From: Planctomycetia bacterium
GTDB taxonomy: Bacteria; Planctomycetota; Planctomycetia; Gemmatales; Gemmataceae
NCBI GenBank assembly: GCA_031441625.1
Contig: JANNQE010000485.1
Span: 1-39,592, forward strand
Direction of reading: 5' to 3'
DNA length: 39,592 bases
Positions within the stretch are counted from its first letter, which is position 1, and every line of letters begins with the position of its first letter. Position numbers and translations under genes: made by a program. The notes below the pieces were generated by a model. That model was not told where the DNA came from, searched no databases, and was given only the letters and a program-made list of their open reading frames with translations. Below are positions 1 to 8,528 of this stretch, in pieces.

Positions 1-29
1 TCGCTCGCTTCACCCCTGGCTAACGTCTG

Positions 30-70
30 TCGCCGCTCCGCGGCTGGGTCGAATCCCGCTCGCGGAGCGA
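30..70. repeat. Imperfect palindrome (core CGCTCCGCG 34-42 pairs with CGCGGAGCG 61-69) just downstream of the DUF1501 stop; related to the element at 37371-37414
   Basis: Read directly: ...GCCGCTCCGCGGC-TGGGTCGAATCCC-GCTCGCGGAGCGA.... It has the same GCTCGCGGAGCGA right arm and a similar loop as the 37371-37414 hairpin. It lies 3' of a minus-strand gene. Confidence 0.5.
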
Positions 71-80
71 ACAGGCCACT

Positions 81-1457
81 TCACCCCACCAACTCCTTGA
101 TCGGTTCGCCGTCGGTGAGCATGGGCATGGGGCGGCCGGAGCCGTCGAGGAAGCTGGTGTTCTTCCAGTCCAGTTTCAGGTGCCCGAACACCGTCGCCCA
201 CAGGTCGTTCGGTGTCAACGGGCGGTCCTTCGGCTGTTCCGCCTTGCTCGTCGTGCTGCCCACCACCACGCCCGTGTTCGTGCCGCCGCCGCTCGTCAGG
301 ATGCTCATCGCCTGCGGCCAGTGGTCGCGGCCCGGTCGCCCGTTCAGGTTCTCCACCTTCGGCGAGCGGCCGAACTCGCCCGTCACCACCAGCATCACCC
401 GCTTGTCGAGGCCGCGGTCGTACAGGTCGTTGATGAGTGCCGTCAGCGCCTGATCCAGGAAGCCGAGCTTGTGCTGCGTGTCCTTGAAGATGTGCCCGTT
501 CACCGCGTGGCTGTCCCAGTTGTAGAGGCCGTCCTTGATCATCTCCTGCCCGAACGGGGTGGCGTTCTCCAGCACCAGCGTCACCCACCGCACGCCGGCC
601 TCCACCAGCTTGCGGGCCATCAGGCACCGCTGGCCGTAGCGGTGGTTGCCGTAGCGGTCTCGCTCACGCGGCGTCAGTTTGGTCAGGTCGAAGGCGTCTT
701 TCGCGGCCGTGCTGGTCATCAGGTCGAACGCCCGCCCGCGGGCCGTGTCGAGGGCGTCGGCCACGCCGGACTCGTCGTGAGGCATCGGCTGGTCGAAGCG
801 GGCGAGGAGGCTGCGGCGGTCGGCCAACTTGTGCTCGGTGCCGGGCAGCGTGCTCAGGTTCTTCACGCCGAACTTCGGGTCCGACGGGTCGCCCACCAGC
901 ATGAACGGGTGCGTGCCTTGCCCGAGGTACGAGCTGCCGAAGCTGAACGTGTCGATGCCCTGCCGCCCGCCGTCCACCTCGCACACGTAGCTGGGCAGCT
1001 TCTTCCCCTCGCCCATCAGCTTGGCCGCCATGCTGCCGACCATCGGGTGGTCGTTCACGAACCCGACCGGCTGGAGCGGGTCGCGGCCGGTGAGGAACTT
1101 CTTGTGCCCGCCGCCGTGGTCGGCGAACGTGTGCGACACCGAGCGGATGAGGCTGAACTTGTCGGCGATCTTGGCCAGGCTCGGCAGGTGTTCGCAGATG
1201 TCGAGGCCGGGCACGTTGGTGCGGATCGGGCGGAAGTCGCCGCGGAACTCGGCCGGGGCGTCCGGCTTCATGTCGAAGGTGTCTTGGTGCGGCGGGCCGC
1301 CGGGCAGCCAGACGAAGATGACGGCCGGGTCGTTGGAGGCGGCTTCGGGTTCACCGGCCCGCAGGGTGAACGGCGACACGCCGGCGGCGGCCCCGGCGAG
1401 GGCGACGGAGCCGAACCGCAACACGTCCCGGCGCGACGGACCAGAGCAGGCGGGCAT
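81..1457 (-). CDS. DUF1501 domain protein (sulfatase/alkaline-phosphatase-like fold) with twin-arginine signal
   Basis: 458 aa ORF. N-terminus is SRRDVLRFGSVALAGAAAG (Tat-like). VIFVWLPGGPPHQDTFDMKPDAP and the C-terminal GEFGRSPKV...GRDHWP motifs are typical of planctomycete DUF1501. It is a paralog of the 34001-35269 product. Confidence 0.85.
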   Translation of the reverse strand: MPACSGPSRRDVLRFGSVALAGAAAGVSPFTLRAGEPEAASNDPAVIFVWLPGGPPHQDTFDMKPDAPAEFRGDFRPIRTNVPGLDICEHLPSLAKIADKFSLIRSVSHTFADHGGGHKKFLTGRDPLQPVGFVNDHPMVGSMAAKLMGEGKKLPSYVCEVDGGRQGIDTFSFGSSYLGQGTHPFMLVGDPSDPKFGVKNLSTLPGTEHKLADRRSLLARFDQPMPHDESGVADALDTARGRAFDLMTSTAAKDAFDLTKLTPRERDRYGNHRYGQRCLMARKLVEAGVRWVTLVLENATPFGQEMIKDGLYNWDSHAVNGHIFKDTQHKLGFLDQALTALINDLYDRGLDKRVMLVVTGEFGRSPKVENLNGRPGRDHWPQAMSILTSGGGTNTGVVVGSTTSKAEQPKDRPLTPNDLWATVFGHLKLDWKNTSFLDGSGRPMPMLTDGEPIKELVG

Positions 1458-1617
1458 GGCGGACTTCCCGAACGTGCGAGTGGGGTGGGACTGAAAGGAT
1501 AGCCGATGTCGGCGGTGGGGTCAAAGCGAAGGGGCCGTGTTGAATGTGGAACCGGGAACGCAATGCCCGGGTGCCAACAGCTCACCCGGTCACTGCGTTC
1601 CCGGTTCCATCAGCACG

Positions 1618-2040
1618 TCACCCGCCGACCGGCTGCGGCTTCTTCTTCCGCTTCTTCGTCGTCCCGCCGTCGGCCGGCACGTCGGCCTCTTCGCTCAGGT
1701 GCTGCACCGTCGGGTCGGCCATGCCCTCCGGCCAGATGTGGAACCCGCCGGTCGCGTCGTCCAGCTTCCAGGTGCCCCAGATGCCCTTGCCCTCGTTGTA
1801 CCCGGCGTAGTGGACGGCATGTTTCTTCACGTACTGCTTGGTGAAGGCGCACTTGCCGCTGTCGGTCGAGTAGGTGCCGTCGACGTCGAACGTGCCGACC
1901 CGGTCGCGGCCCTCGCCGGTCATGCGACCGGTGGCGAACGTCAGCCGCAGCTCCATCTGGTGACGACCGGGCACGCGGGGGTCGAGGAAGAAGCCGGTCC
2001 ACGGGCCGGACGGGAACAGGGCGGGTGAGGAGTCGGACAT
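1618..2040 (-). CDS. Hypothetical protein, 140 aa, with a poly-basic C-terminal tail
   Basis: Balanced, non-Arg/Pro-rich composition (GTFDVDGTYSTDSGKCAFTKQYVKKHAVHYAGYNEGKGIWGTWKL). The tail is TTKKRKKKPQPVGG. No family recognised. Confidence 0.55.
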   Translation of the reverse strand: MSDSSPALFPSGPWTGFFLDPRVPGRHQMELRLTFATGRMTGEGRDRVGTFDVDGTYSTDSGKCAFTKQYVKKHAVHYAGYNEGKGIWGTWKLDDATGGFHIWPEGMADPTVQHLSEEADVPADGGTTKKRKKKPQPVGG

Positions 2041-2157
2041 CGGGGCGGAGCCGGGGGGGTGGGAAATCGGCGCATTGTACGCACGGGGGCGAACGGGAAA
2101 ATTGGCCGTCGCAGGCGTATCAAAGGTATACCGTTCGCACTACCCGGCGGAGTCTCC

Positions 2158-2931
2158 ATGTCAACGCTGCAACTGTTCACCTGGGGCTACTGGGGTTGGG
2201 GGACAGCCGCCGAACGCCTGATCGAATCGGTCGATGCGGTAGAATCCGCCCGCGGGTACGCGCCACCCGTGTTCGTAGACATCCGCTTGAAGCGGGCGGG
2301 TCGCGCCCCCGCGTTCGTCGGTGATCGCTTCGCTAAATTGTTGGGGGCTGACCGCTATCGGTGGTTCGAGGGGTTGGGGAACAGCGCGATAGCGGAAGGT
2401 GGCACGATGAGGATTGATCGACCGCAAGACGCGCGGCTGTTGCTCAACTTGGCGGAATCGGTGAGCAACTCCCGCCGGCGGGTAATCTTCTTCTGTGCCT
2501 GCCACCTGCCGAAACGTTACCCGAATGAATGCCACCGCTGCGAGGTCGCGCGATTAACGCTGGCTGAAGCGAAGGGGCGAAAAGTGCGAGCCGAGACGGT
2601 GGAATGGCCCGGGGGCGAACCGGAGCGACGGGAGATCGAACTCTCAGGGGAGGCGTTCACGAAAGTGCGTCGGGGGGCGAAGTCGATCCCGCTCGGTGAC
2701 TCGCCAGACTTATCGGTGTGGGCCGCGCTGCCGTGGTACTCGGTCGTCACCGTGCGGGAGAAACGCGGCACTAGGGCGGTGGTAGTGCGCTCCGGCCCGG
2801 CAGTGTACCTCCGTGGCGGCTGGTATTTGCCGGTGTTTGGAGCGGCCGTCGAAGCGGACCAGGCAGACAGCCTGCTCCGCAAGTCGTCGTCGTGGTTCAC
2901 AGAACACGGGTTTGCCGTTCGGAGCAAGTAG
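2158..2931 (+). CDS. DUF488-family protein with an extra C-terminal domain of about 110 aa
   Basis: I re-called the start at ATG 2158 (MSTLQLF...); the track ORF starts at 2059. VFVDIRLKR...P and VIFFCACHLPKRYPNECHRCEVARL match the DUF488 pattern (DVR..P.SR ... llC.E..p..CHR). The C-terminal half is unassigned. Confidence 0.6.
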   Translation: MSTLQLFTWGYWGWGTAAERLIESVDAVESARGYAPPVFVDIRLKRAGRAPAFVGDRFAKLLGADRYRWFEGLGNSAIAEGGTMRIDRPQDARLLLNLAESVSNSRRRVIFFCACHLPKRYPNECHRCEVARLTLAEAKGRKVRAETVEWPGGEPERREIELSGEAFTKVRRGAKSIPLGDSPDLSVWAALPWYSVVTVREKRGTRAVVVRSGPAVYLRGGWYLPVFGAAVEADQADSLLRKSSSWFTEHGFAVRSK

Positions 2932-2971
2932 GGTGGGACCAGCGGGCGGGACGCCCGCGCTCCCGGTAAAT

Positions 2972-5900
2972 TCACTCTTTCCGCAACGCCGGGATCAGTG
3001 GCACTTTCGCCGCGCGGACGGTGGTGAGCAGGGCGACCAGCACGCCGACCACCAGCACGGCAGCGAGCATGACGCCCAGCCGCACCGAGCCGAGTTGCCC
3101 ACCGAGCGCCAGGTTCGGGATCACCGAAAGCAGTGCCGCGGTCAGCCCAACGCCGACGCCCACCAGCAGCAGCAGGATGTTCTCGATCAGCACGATGCGT
3201 TGCAAATCAGCCGTCTGGTAGCCGACCGCCCGGAGCAACGCCAACTCGCCGGCCCGTTCCCAGATGGCCCGCAGCATGACCGCCGCCAGCCCCAACACGC
3301 CGAGCAGCAGGCCCAGCCCGCCGAGCAACTGGAAGGTGCTCAGGTACGCCCCGATGACCGCCTGATAGCTCTGCACCCGCTCGGCGGTCGGCGTGACGGT
3401 CAGGCCGTTCGCCCGCAGGCCGGTTTCGAGCAACTGCCCGACCCGCTCGCGCTTGTCGGCCGGGGCGTCGATGAGGAACAGGCGGTAGCCTTCTTCGAGC
3501 GGGTACAGCGTGCGGAAGCTGGCGTCGCTCACGATCAACTCGGACTGGAACACCGAGTCTTGCAACAGCCCGACGACTCGCAGCTTCACGTCTTTGCCGG
3601 TGCCGTCCGGGATGGTGATTGTGCCGCCTAGAAACGTCTTCAGTTGCCAGAGGGCCGTGTTGATTTCGAGGACGACGGGGATGGTTTCGTCTGGCAACTT
3701 CTCGTTCAGCAGCAGCCACGGGTTGGCCTTCTGTTCGTCGGTCTTGGCCTCGCTCATGGCGAACGCGAACCGGCGGTCGGCGAGCAACTCGTCCGGGGCA
3801 CCGATCACCCGCGGGCGGCTGGCGGCCTGCAAATTCAGGCAACTGGCGTCGTCGCCCCCCTTCAGCCGGAACGGGAGGACGGTCATCGATTTCAAGTCCG
3901 CTTCGGCGTTCGCGGCGAGCGTCTTGCGATCCGGGCCGAACGGCCTGGCGATTTCCTCGTCCTGGTACACCTTGGCCAACTCGTTCATCACGTCCGCTTG
4001 CCCGCGGGGGCCGTCGAGCCGGTGGAAGACGGGGATGTCGGCCTCGGCCAGCAGGGGGAAGCCGCCGCTGCCGCCGGTCTTCTCGGCGAACGCGGCGTCG
4101 GGCGATTTGCGGAAGCTCTCCACACTCACCAGCAGGAACGTCGCCAGAGCGAGCAGCACGACGGTAAGCAGGCTGCGACTCGCCGCACGTGTGGTGTTCC
4201 GTACGCCGAGGGCGGAGAGGCCGTCCATCACAGCTTCCCGGGGGCGGAACAGCCACCAGCGGAAGACGAACGCCCCGGCCGCCATGAGGAACAACCCGCC
4301 GCCGAAGAAGGTGCCGGCTCGCTGGTCGGCCGACCCGCCGAGCGGGCCGGCGGCGAGCAACCCGACGCCCGCCACCGCACACCCGGCGGCGATCCAGAGC
4401 GAGCGTTTCGCGTTCACCGCCTTCACTGACACCGCGGTGTCAGTGGTAGCTCCACGCAAGAGCCCCGGCGGGGGCAGTTTCACCAGCTTCCGCACGCCGA
4501 GCCAGATGGCGAACACGGCCACCACGACCGTACACACGGCGCCGATCACCAGCAGGCCGGCGTTCACGTGCAGCGACAGCAGCCCGCCGACGTTGTTGTC
4601 CGGCCACAGCCACGCCAGGAATTTCAGCATCCCGGCGGCGTACAGCACGGCCAGCCCCGCACCCAATGTCGCCCCGACGGTGGACACGAGCAGCCCTTCC
4701 ACCAGCAGCAGCAACCGCACCTGCTTGGGCGTGTACCCGGAGGCGAGCAGCAACCCGACCTCCTTCGCCCGGCGGTCCACGGCCAGCCGGAAGAGCATCG
4801 CCACCAGCAGCAGCGCGGCCAGGATGAGCAACCCGCTGAATGCCATCAGCATGGCGGCGAAGTCGGTGCCGCCGCTGCTGGTGGCGAGGGCTTGCTCGCG
4901 GATCGGGACGAACACCAGACCGGCGGCGGCGGGGTCGAGCGTGTCCTTCAGAGCGGCCCGCAGCTCGGCGGCGGTTTGCTCCTTCGACTTGCCCGCGGGC
5001 GGGGCGATCCGCACCGAAGTGGCTTCGCCGAAGCGACTCTCGAACAGCGGGGCGTCTCGCTTCGCCCGCTTGATGAACGCCTTCGGGGTGGCCTGGTGCG
5101 TCTCCCAGAAGGTGTCGTCGGCGGGAGTTACGCGGGCGTAGTTCACTTCAAACGGCGCCTGCCACTGGCGGATCTTCGGTTTGTCGGTCACGCCCGGAAA
5201 CGGCGGGGTCAGGTTCGGGTCGGCGGCCGCACCGTTGAAGGGCACATACCCGGCGAACTTGAACGTCCGCCACTCCTCCTGAATGCTCGCCTCCATCTCC
5301 GGCTTGAAGAACGCGACTGTGACGGGGTCGCCCTTGTTCAACCTCGGCAGCGGCGATTCGGGCCAGTCGAGCAACGCAATTTCGTCGTCCTTCAGGTCGG
5401 CCACGCCCGGCGGCAGGAACGGCCCGAGCGGGGCGGGTGCGGACGGATCGACGACGCTGACGATGGCGTAGCCCATCATCGGCGCTTTCGTCTCCTTGTC
5501 GGTGTTGGCGATCTTCTCCGTGCCCTTGTAGACGGCGTTGGCGAGGTACGAGAGCGTGCGTTCGGAGCGTGCCCCGATGCGCTTCGCCGCCTCTTCCACG
5601 GCCGTGAGCGTGGCCGCATCGAGGATGGAGTTCTCGCTCTCCACCAGCACGTACCCCTGCGTGGCGAACGTCTTCTCGCGTAACTCCGAATCGAACTTGT
5701 CACCGGGCAGGATGCGCAGCCCGCGGTCCGCCGGCGTGAGCCTGGCGTGCAACTTCTCGTTCAGCGTCTTCACATCGGGCGACGTGCTGACAGCCGCGTT
5801 CACCTTGCCGGGCAGGTCGAGTTGCGTTTGCAGCAGTTCGAGAGGGACGAACACGTTCAGCGGCGGGGCCGGGCTGGGGGCGAGGCTGAACTCGTTCATG

Positions 5901-6442
5901 CCGTGGTCGGGCGGGAGGACGGCAGCCACCTTGAGCTTGAGCGTCTTGGTCACGTCGGACACGTCGCGCTTGCCGACGAGCGACGCCCGCGGCACGCGGG
6001 AGCCTTTCTCCAACCCGAGCCACACGAACCCACCGGCCTGCACGCCAAGCTTCTCCGCCACGCGGTGCGACAGCACCACGCCAGTGGGCAAGTTGAACGC
6101 CGTGCGGTCGGCGTCGGCGAGGCCCATCACCGACACCCTCCCGAGGGTCGCTTCGTGGTCTTCGGTCTCGTTGCGGGCCGAACCGGAGAGCAGCAGCAGC
6201 GGCGTCGTGTCGGGCAACCCACGCACGGCGTCTTCACGAATCAGCCGCTCGCCCACCCACGCCGATTGCACGCCGTTCAACTGCTTCTCCGCCCGCGCCC
6301 GCAAGCTGCCCCGCAACGACTCGCCGACGAGCAGCGCGCCGGTGAGCACCGCCGCCCCGACCATCACGCCGAGCAGCACGGGCAACTGGTGCGCCCAGTA
6401 GAACGCGAGCGAGCGGAGCGGGAGTGTGCGGAAGGAGAGCAT
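2972..6442 (-). CDS. Large ABC transporter permease, FtsX/MacB-like, with two FtsX modules (YbbP-like)
   Basis: 1156 aa. N-terminal TM followed by a large extracytoplasmic domain. There are two FtsX-type 4-TM blocks: around DRRAKEVGLLLASGYTPKQV, and the C-terminal ERAGELALLRAVGYQTADL. Confidence 0.85.
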   Translation of the reverse strand: MLSFRTLPLRSLAFYWAHQLPVLLGVMVGAAVLTGALLVGESLRGSLRARAEKQLNGVQSAWVGERLIREDAVRGLPDTTPLLLLSGSARNETEDHEATLGRVSVMGLADADRTAFNLPTGVVLSHRVAEKLGVQAGGFVWLGLEKGSRVPRASLVGKRDVSDVTKTLKLKVAAVLPPDHGMNEFSLAPSPAPPLNVFVPLELLQTQLDLPGKVNAAVSTSPDVKTLNEKLHARLTPADRGLRILPGDKFDSELREKTFATQGYVLVESENSILDAATLTAVEEAAKRIGARSERTLSYLANAVYKGTEKIANTDKETKAPMMGYAIVSVVDPSAPAPLGPFLPPGVADLKDDEIALLDWPESPLPRLNKGDPVTVAFFKPEMEASIQEEWRTFKFAGYVPFNGAAADPNLTPPFPGVTDKPKIRQWQAPFEVNYARVTPADDTFWETHQATPKAFIKRAKRDAPLFESRFGEATSVRIAPPAGKSKEQTAAELRAALKDTLDPAAAGLVFVPIREQALATSSGGTDFAAMLMAFSGLLILAALLLVAMLFRLAVDRRAKEVGLLLASGYTPKQVRLLLLVEGLLVSTVGATLGAGLAVLYAAGMLKFLAWLWPDNNVGGLLSLHVNAGLLVIGAVCTVVVAVFAIWLGVRKLVKLPPPGLLRGATTDTAVSVKAVNAKRSLWIAAGCAVAGVGLLAAGPLGGSADQRAGTFFGGGLFLMAAGAFVFRWWLFRPREAVMDGLSALGVRNTTRAASRSLLTVVLLALATFLLVSVESFRKSPDAAFAEKTGGSGGFPLLAEADIPVFHRLDGPRGQADVMNELAKVYQDEEIARPFGPDRKTLAANAEADLKSMTVLPFRLKGGDDASCLNLQAASRPRVIGAPDELLADRRFAFAMSEAKTDEQKANPWLLLNEKLPDETIPVVLEINTALWQLKTFLGGTITIPDGTGKDVKLRVVGLLQDSVFQSELIVSDASFRTLYPLEEGYRLFLIDAPADKRERVGQLLETGLRANGLTVTPTAERVQSYQAVIGAYLSTFQLLGGLGLLLGVLGLAAVMLRAIWERAGELALLRAVGYQTADLQRIVLIENILLLLVGVGVGLTAALLSVIPNLALGGQLGSVRLGVMLAAVLVVGVLVALLTTVRAAKVPLIPALRKE

Positions 6443-6469
6443 GGGAAACCAATGTGGACGGGGACGGGT

Positions 6470-6823
6470 CTAGCCTCGGACGATCAACCCCAATCGACCG
6501 ACTTCCAGTAACGTGCAGGTGGCGGACTCGCGGAGAATGTCCGGCATCAGCCCGAGTAACAGCGCTTCCAGGTCGCGGTTGCGGATGTTCCCTGTCGAGA
6601 TCAACAGCAGCTTCACCGGACGGCCGTGCAACAGGTGGGAGTTGACGAAGTCGTCGTCCTTGCTGACTACCCAGCGGCCATCGGCGTCGGCCAGCGCGAT
6701 CACGTCATCATCCGGGGTGCGGTTGGCCAGCGGCAGATCGAGCGTGTGAACGGCGTCGCACCCTGCGGCGACGAACCAACCGGCCGCGCGAGCCGGCAGT
6801 TGGGCGTCGATGATGACCTTCAC
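6470..6823 (-). CDS. DUF5615 / Mut7-C PIN-like protein, putative toxin of a type II TA pair
   Basis: MKVIIDAQLP...AAGCDAVHTLDL...SKDDDF matches the DUF5615 (COG4634-like) pattern. There is a 4-nt overlap with the upstream DUF433 gene. Confidence 0.7.
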   Translation of the reverse strand: MKVIIDAQLPARAAGWFVAAGCDAVHTLDLPLANRTPDDDVIALADADGRWVVSKDDDFVNSHLLHGRPVKLLLISTGNIRNRDLEALLLGLMPDILRESATCTLLEVGRLGLIVRG

Positions 6824-7053
6824 GGCGTCACCGGGACGAGACGTTTCGACCGGCTGAGGGCGGCGGAGAAGGCGAACACGGCGCGCAGGTCGTCCGCTTC
6901 CAAATCCGGGTAGTCGTCCAGGATGTCCGATTCACTCATCCCGGCGCTGAGCAGGTCGAGCAGCATCTCGACGGGATATCTCAGCCCGCGCACACACGGC
7001 TTGCCGTGGCAGATGGCCGGATCGGTGGTGATGCGGGCGAGCAGCGGGTTCAT
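6820..7053 (-). CDS. DUF433 protein, putative antitoxin
   Basis: Start re-called at ATG 7053 (MNPLLARITTDPAICHGKPCVRGLRYPVEMLLDLLSAGMSESDILDDYPDL), which is the classic DUF433/COG2442 motif. A GGAG lies upstream. The track ORF extension to 7191 is Arg/Pro-rich and overlaps aguB. Confidence 0.75.
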   Translation of the reverse strand: MNPLLARITTDPAICHGKPCVRGLRYPVEMLLDLLSAGMSESDILDDYPDLEADDLRAVFAFSAALSRSKRLVPVTP

Positions 7054-7088
7054 GCGGCCTCTCCAGGTTGCCACCATTCTATCGGCGT

Positions 7089-7970
7089 TCAATCCGCCAC
7101 CCGCTTCGTAATGCCGCCGTAGGCGTCGATCCGGCGGTCGCGGAAGAACGGCCAGTTGCGGCGGATCTCCTCCGCCCACTTGCGACTGCACTCGATGACG
7201 ATGATCTCCTCCTTCGCCACGCCGCCCACCTTCAACAGCCGGCCGAACGGGTCGCTCACGAACGACTGCCCCCAGAACTCCAACCCCTCGCCGGTCAGTT
7301 TCTCATGCCCCACGCGGTTCACCGCCCCGACGTACACGCCGTTGGCGATGGCGTGCCCCCGCATGCTGGTCTCCCACGCGGAGTGCTGCGCCTCACCGTA
7401 CTCGGCCTTCTCCTTCGGGTGCCAGCCGATGGCCGTCGGGTAGAAGATCACCTCCGCCCCTTGCAGTGCCGTGAGTCGCGCCGCTTCGGGATACCACTGG
7501 TCCCAGCACACCAGCGTGCCCACCTTGGCATACTTGGTGTCGAACACCTTCCACCCGGTGTCGCCGGGGGTGAAGTAGTACTTCTCCAGGAACATCGGGT
7601 CGTCGGGGATGTGCATCTTGCGGTAGATGCCGAGGAAGCTGCCGTCGGCGTCGTGGACGGTGGCGGTGTTGTGGTACACGCCGGGCATCCGCTTCTCGAA
7701 CAGCGAGCCGACGACCACCACGTTGTTCGCCTTCGCCGCCTTACCGAGTCGATCCGTACTCGGGCCGGGGATCGGCTCGGCCAAGTCGAACAGCTTGTAG
7801 TCTTCCGTCTGGCAGAAGTACGGGCCGGTGAACAACTCCGGCAGGCAGACGATCTGCGCGCCCATCTTGGCGGCGTCGGCAATCGCCGCTTCCGCTTTCG
7901 CCAGATTGGTGTCGCGGTCGGCGTCGCAGCCCATCTGCACCAGGGCGATGCGGAAGGTGTCGGGGGTCAT
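7089..7970 (-). CDS. aguB: N-carbamoylputrescine amidase (carbon-nitrogen hydrolase family)
   Basis: Start re-called at ATG 7970 (MTPDTFRIALVQM). CN-hydrolase triad context is present: CLPELF (Glu), YRKMHIP (Lys), LVCWDQWYPEAAR (Cys). Length of 293 aa and the motifs fit AguB. Confidence 0.8.
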   Translation of the reverse strand: MTPDTFRIALVQMGCDADRDTNLAKAEAAIADAAKMGAQIVCLPELFTGPYFCQTEDYKLFDLAEPIPGPSTDRLGKAAKANNVVVVGSLFEKRMPGVYHNTATVHDADGSFLGIYRKMHIPDDPMFLEKYYFTPGDTGWKVFDTKYAKVGTLVCWDQWYPEAARLTALQGAEVIFYPTAIGWHPKEKAEYGEAQHSAWETSMRGHAIANGVYVGAVNRVGHEKLTGEGLEFWGQSFVSDPFGRLLKVGGVAKEEIIVIECSRKWAEEIRRNWPFFRDRRIDAYGGITKRVAD

Positions 7971-8043
7971 TCGCCTTTGTCCTTGGTCGTTCGCGGTCGA
8001 GATGTTATACCAGTCCACGACACCCACCTTGCGGAGTCGATCC

Positions 8044-8526
8044 ATGTCGCCAGTTACCGGCGGAACGTGCATTCCTCCCCGAGCATTGATCGTCCTCCCA
8101 ACTCGGGCAGCGGTCTTCGATCTCGCCACGGAAACCTGGGACGTGAGTGGGCCGTGGGGGCCGTATCGGTTTCTGCCGACCGGGGCCAACTTCCCGTTCC
8201 GCGAACTCGATGTTTGGGTGTATACTCAATTGACGGGAGGACTTGGACCGGTTCGGCTGGCCGTCGAGTTCCGCCAGCGGATCGACCGAGGTACGAACCA
8301 GTTCGAGTGGCGGTCGATCAGTCAAAGTGTGCCGACGGTCATCGATTTCGCCCCGAGTACCGCACGGTTGGCGGTGTACGATACCGCCTTCCAGTTCAAG
8401 AAGTTGCCGTTCCGCGAGGAAGGAGTCTACGAGTTCCGAGTCTTTGCGGAATCGGCGACCGGGTTTCAGGCGGTCAACGGGCCCACGGCCGAAGTGACCA
8501 TGCTTCACCCGCAAGGGAGGGTGTGA
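8044..8526 (+). CDS. Hypothetical protein, about 160 aa, predicted beta-rich
   Basis: Normal composition (VWVYTQLTGGLGPVRLAVEFRQ..., FKKLPFREEGVYEFRVFAES). The start is uncertain: ATG 8002, ATG 8044, or an internal GTG. The stop lies 2 nt before the next ATG. Confidence 0.5.
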   Translation: MSPVTGGTCIPPRALIVLPTRAAVFDLATETWDVSGPWGPYRFLPTGANFPFRELDVWVYTQLTGGLGPVRLAVEFRQRIDRGTNQFEWRSISQSVPTVIDFAPSTARLAVYDTAFQFKKLPFREEGVYEFRVFAESATGFQAVNGPTAEVTMLHPQGRV

Positions 8527-8528
8527 CG

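Noticed and set aside
44-70. A tRNA-like T-arm motif, GGGTCGAATCCC, at the window start.
   Set aside because: The flanking bases do not form a 5-bp T stem. No acceptor, D or anticodon arms can be built on either strand. A similar loop occurs in the palindromic element at 37386-37399, so this is part of a repeat and not a tRNA.
180-1502. 440-aa plus-strand ORF antisense to the DUF1501 gene. Similar long antisense or out-of-frame ORFs include 9824-11326, 12923-14512, 14916-16154, 18827-20965, 24155-25591 and 33641-35755.
   Set aside because: Their extreme Arg/Ala/Pro/Gly/His composition has no recognisable motifs. This is typical of the open non-coding frames that high GC content produces. Each fully overlaps a frame with clear family signatures.
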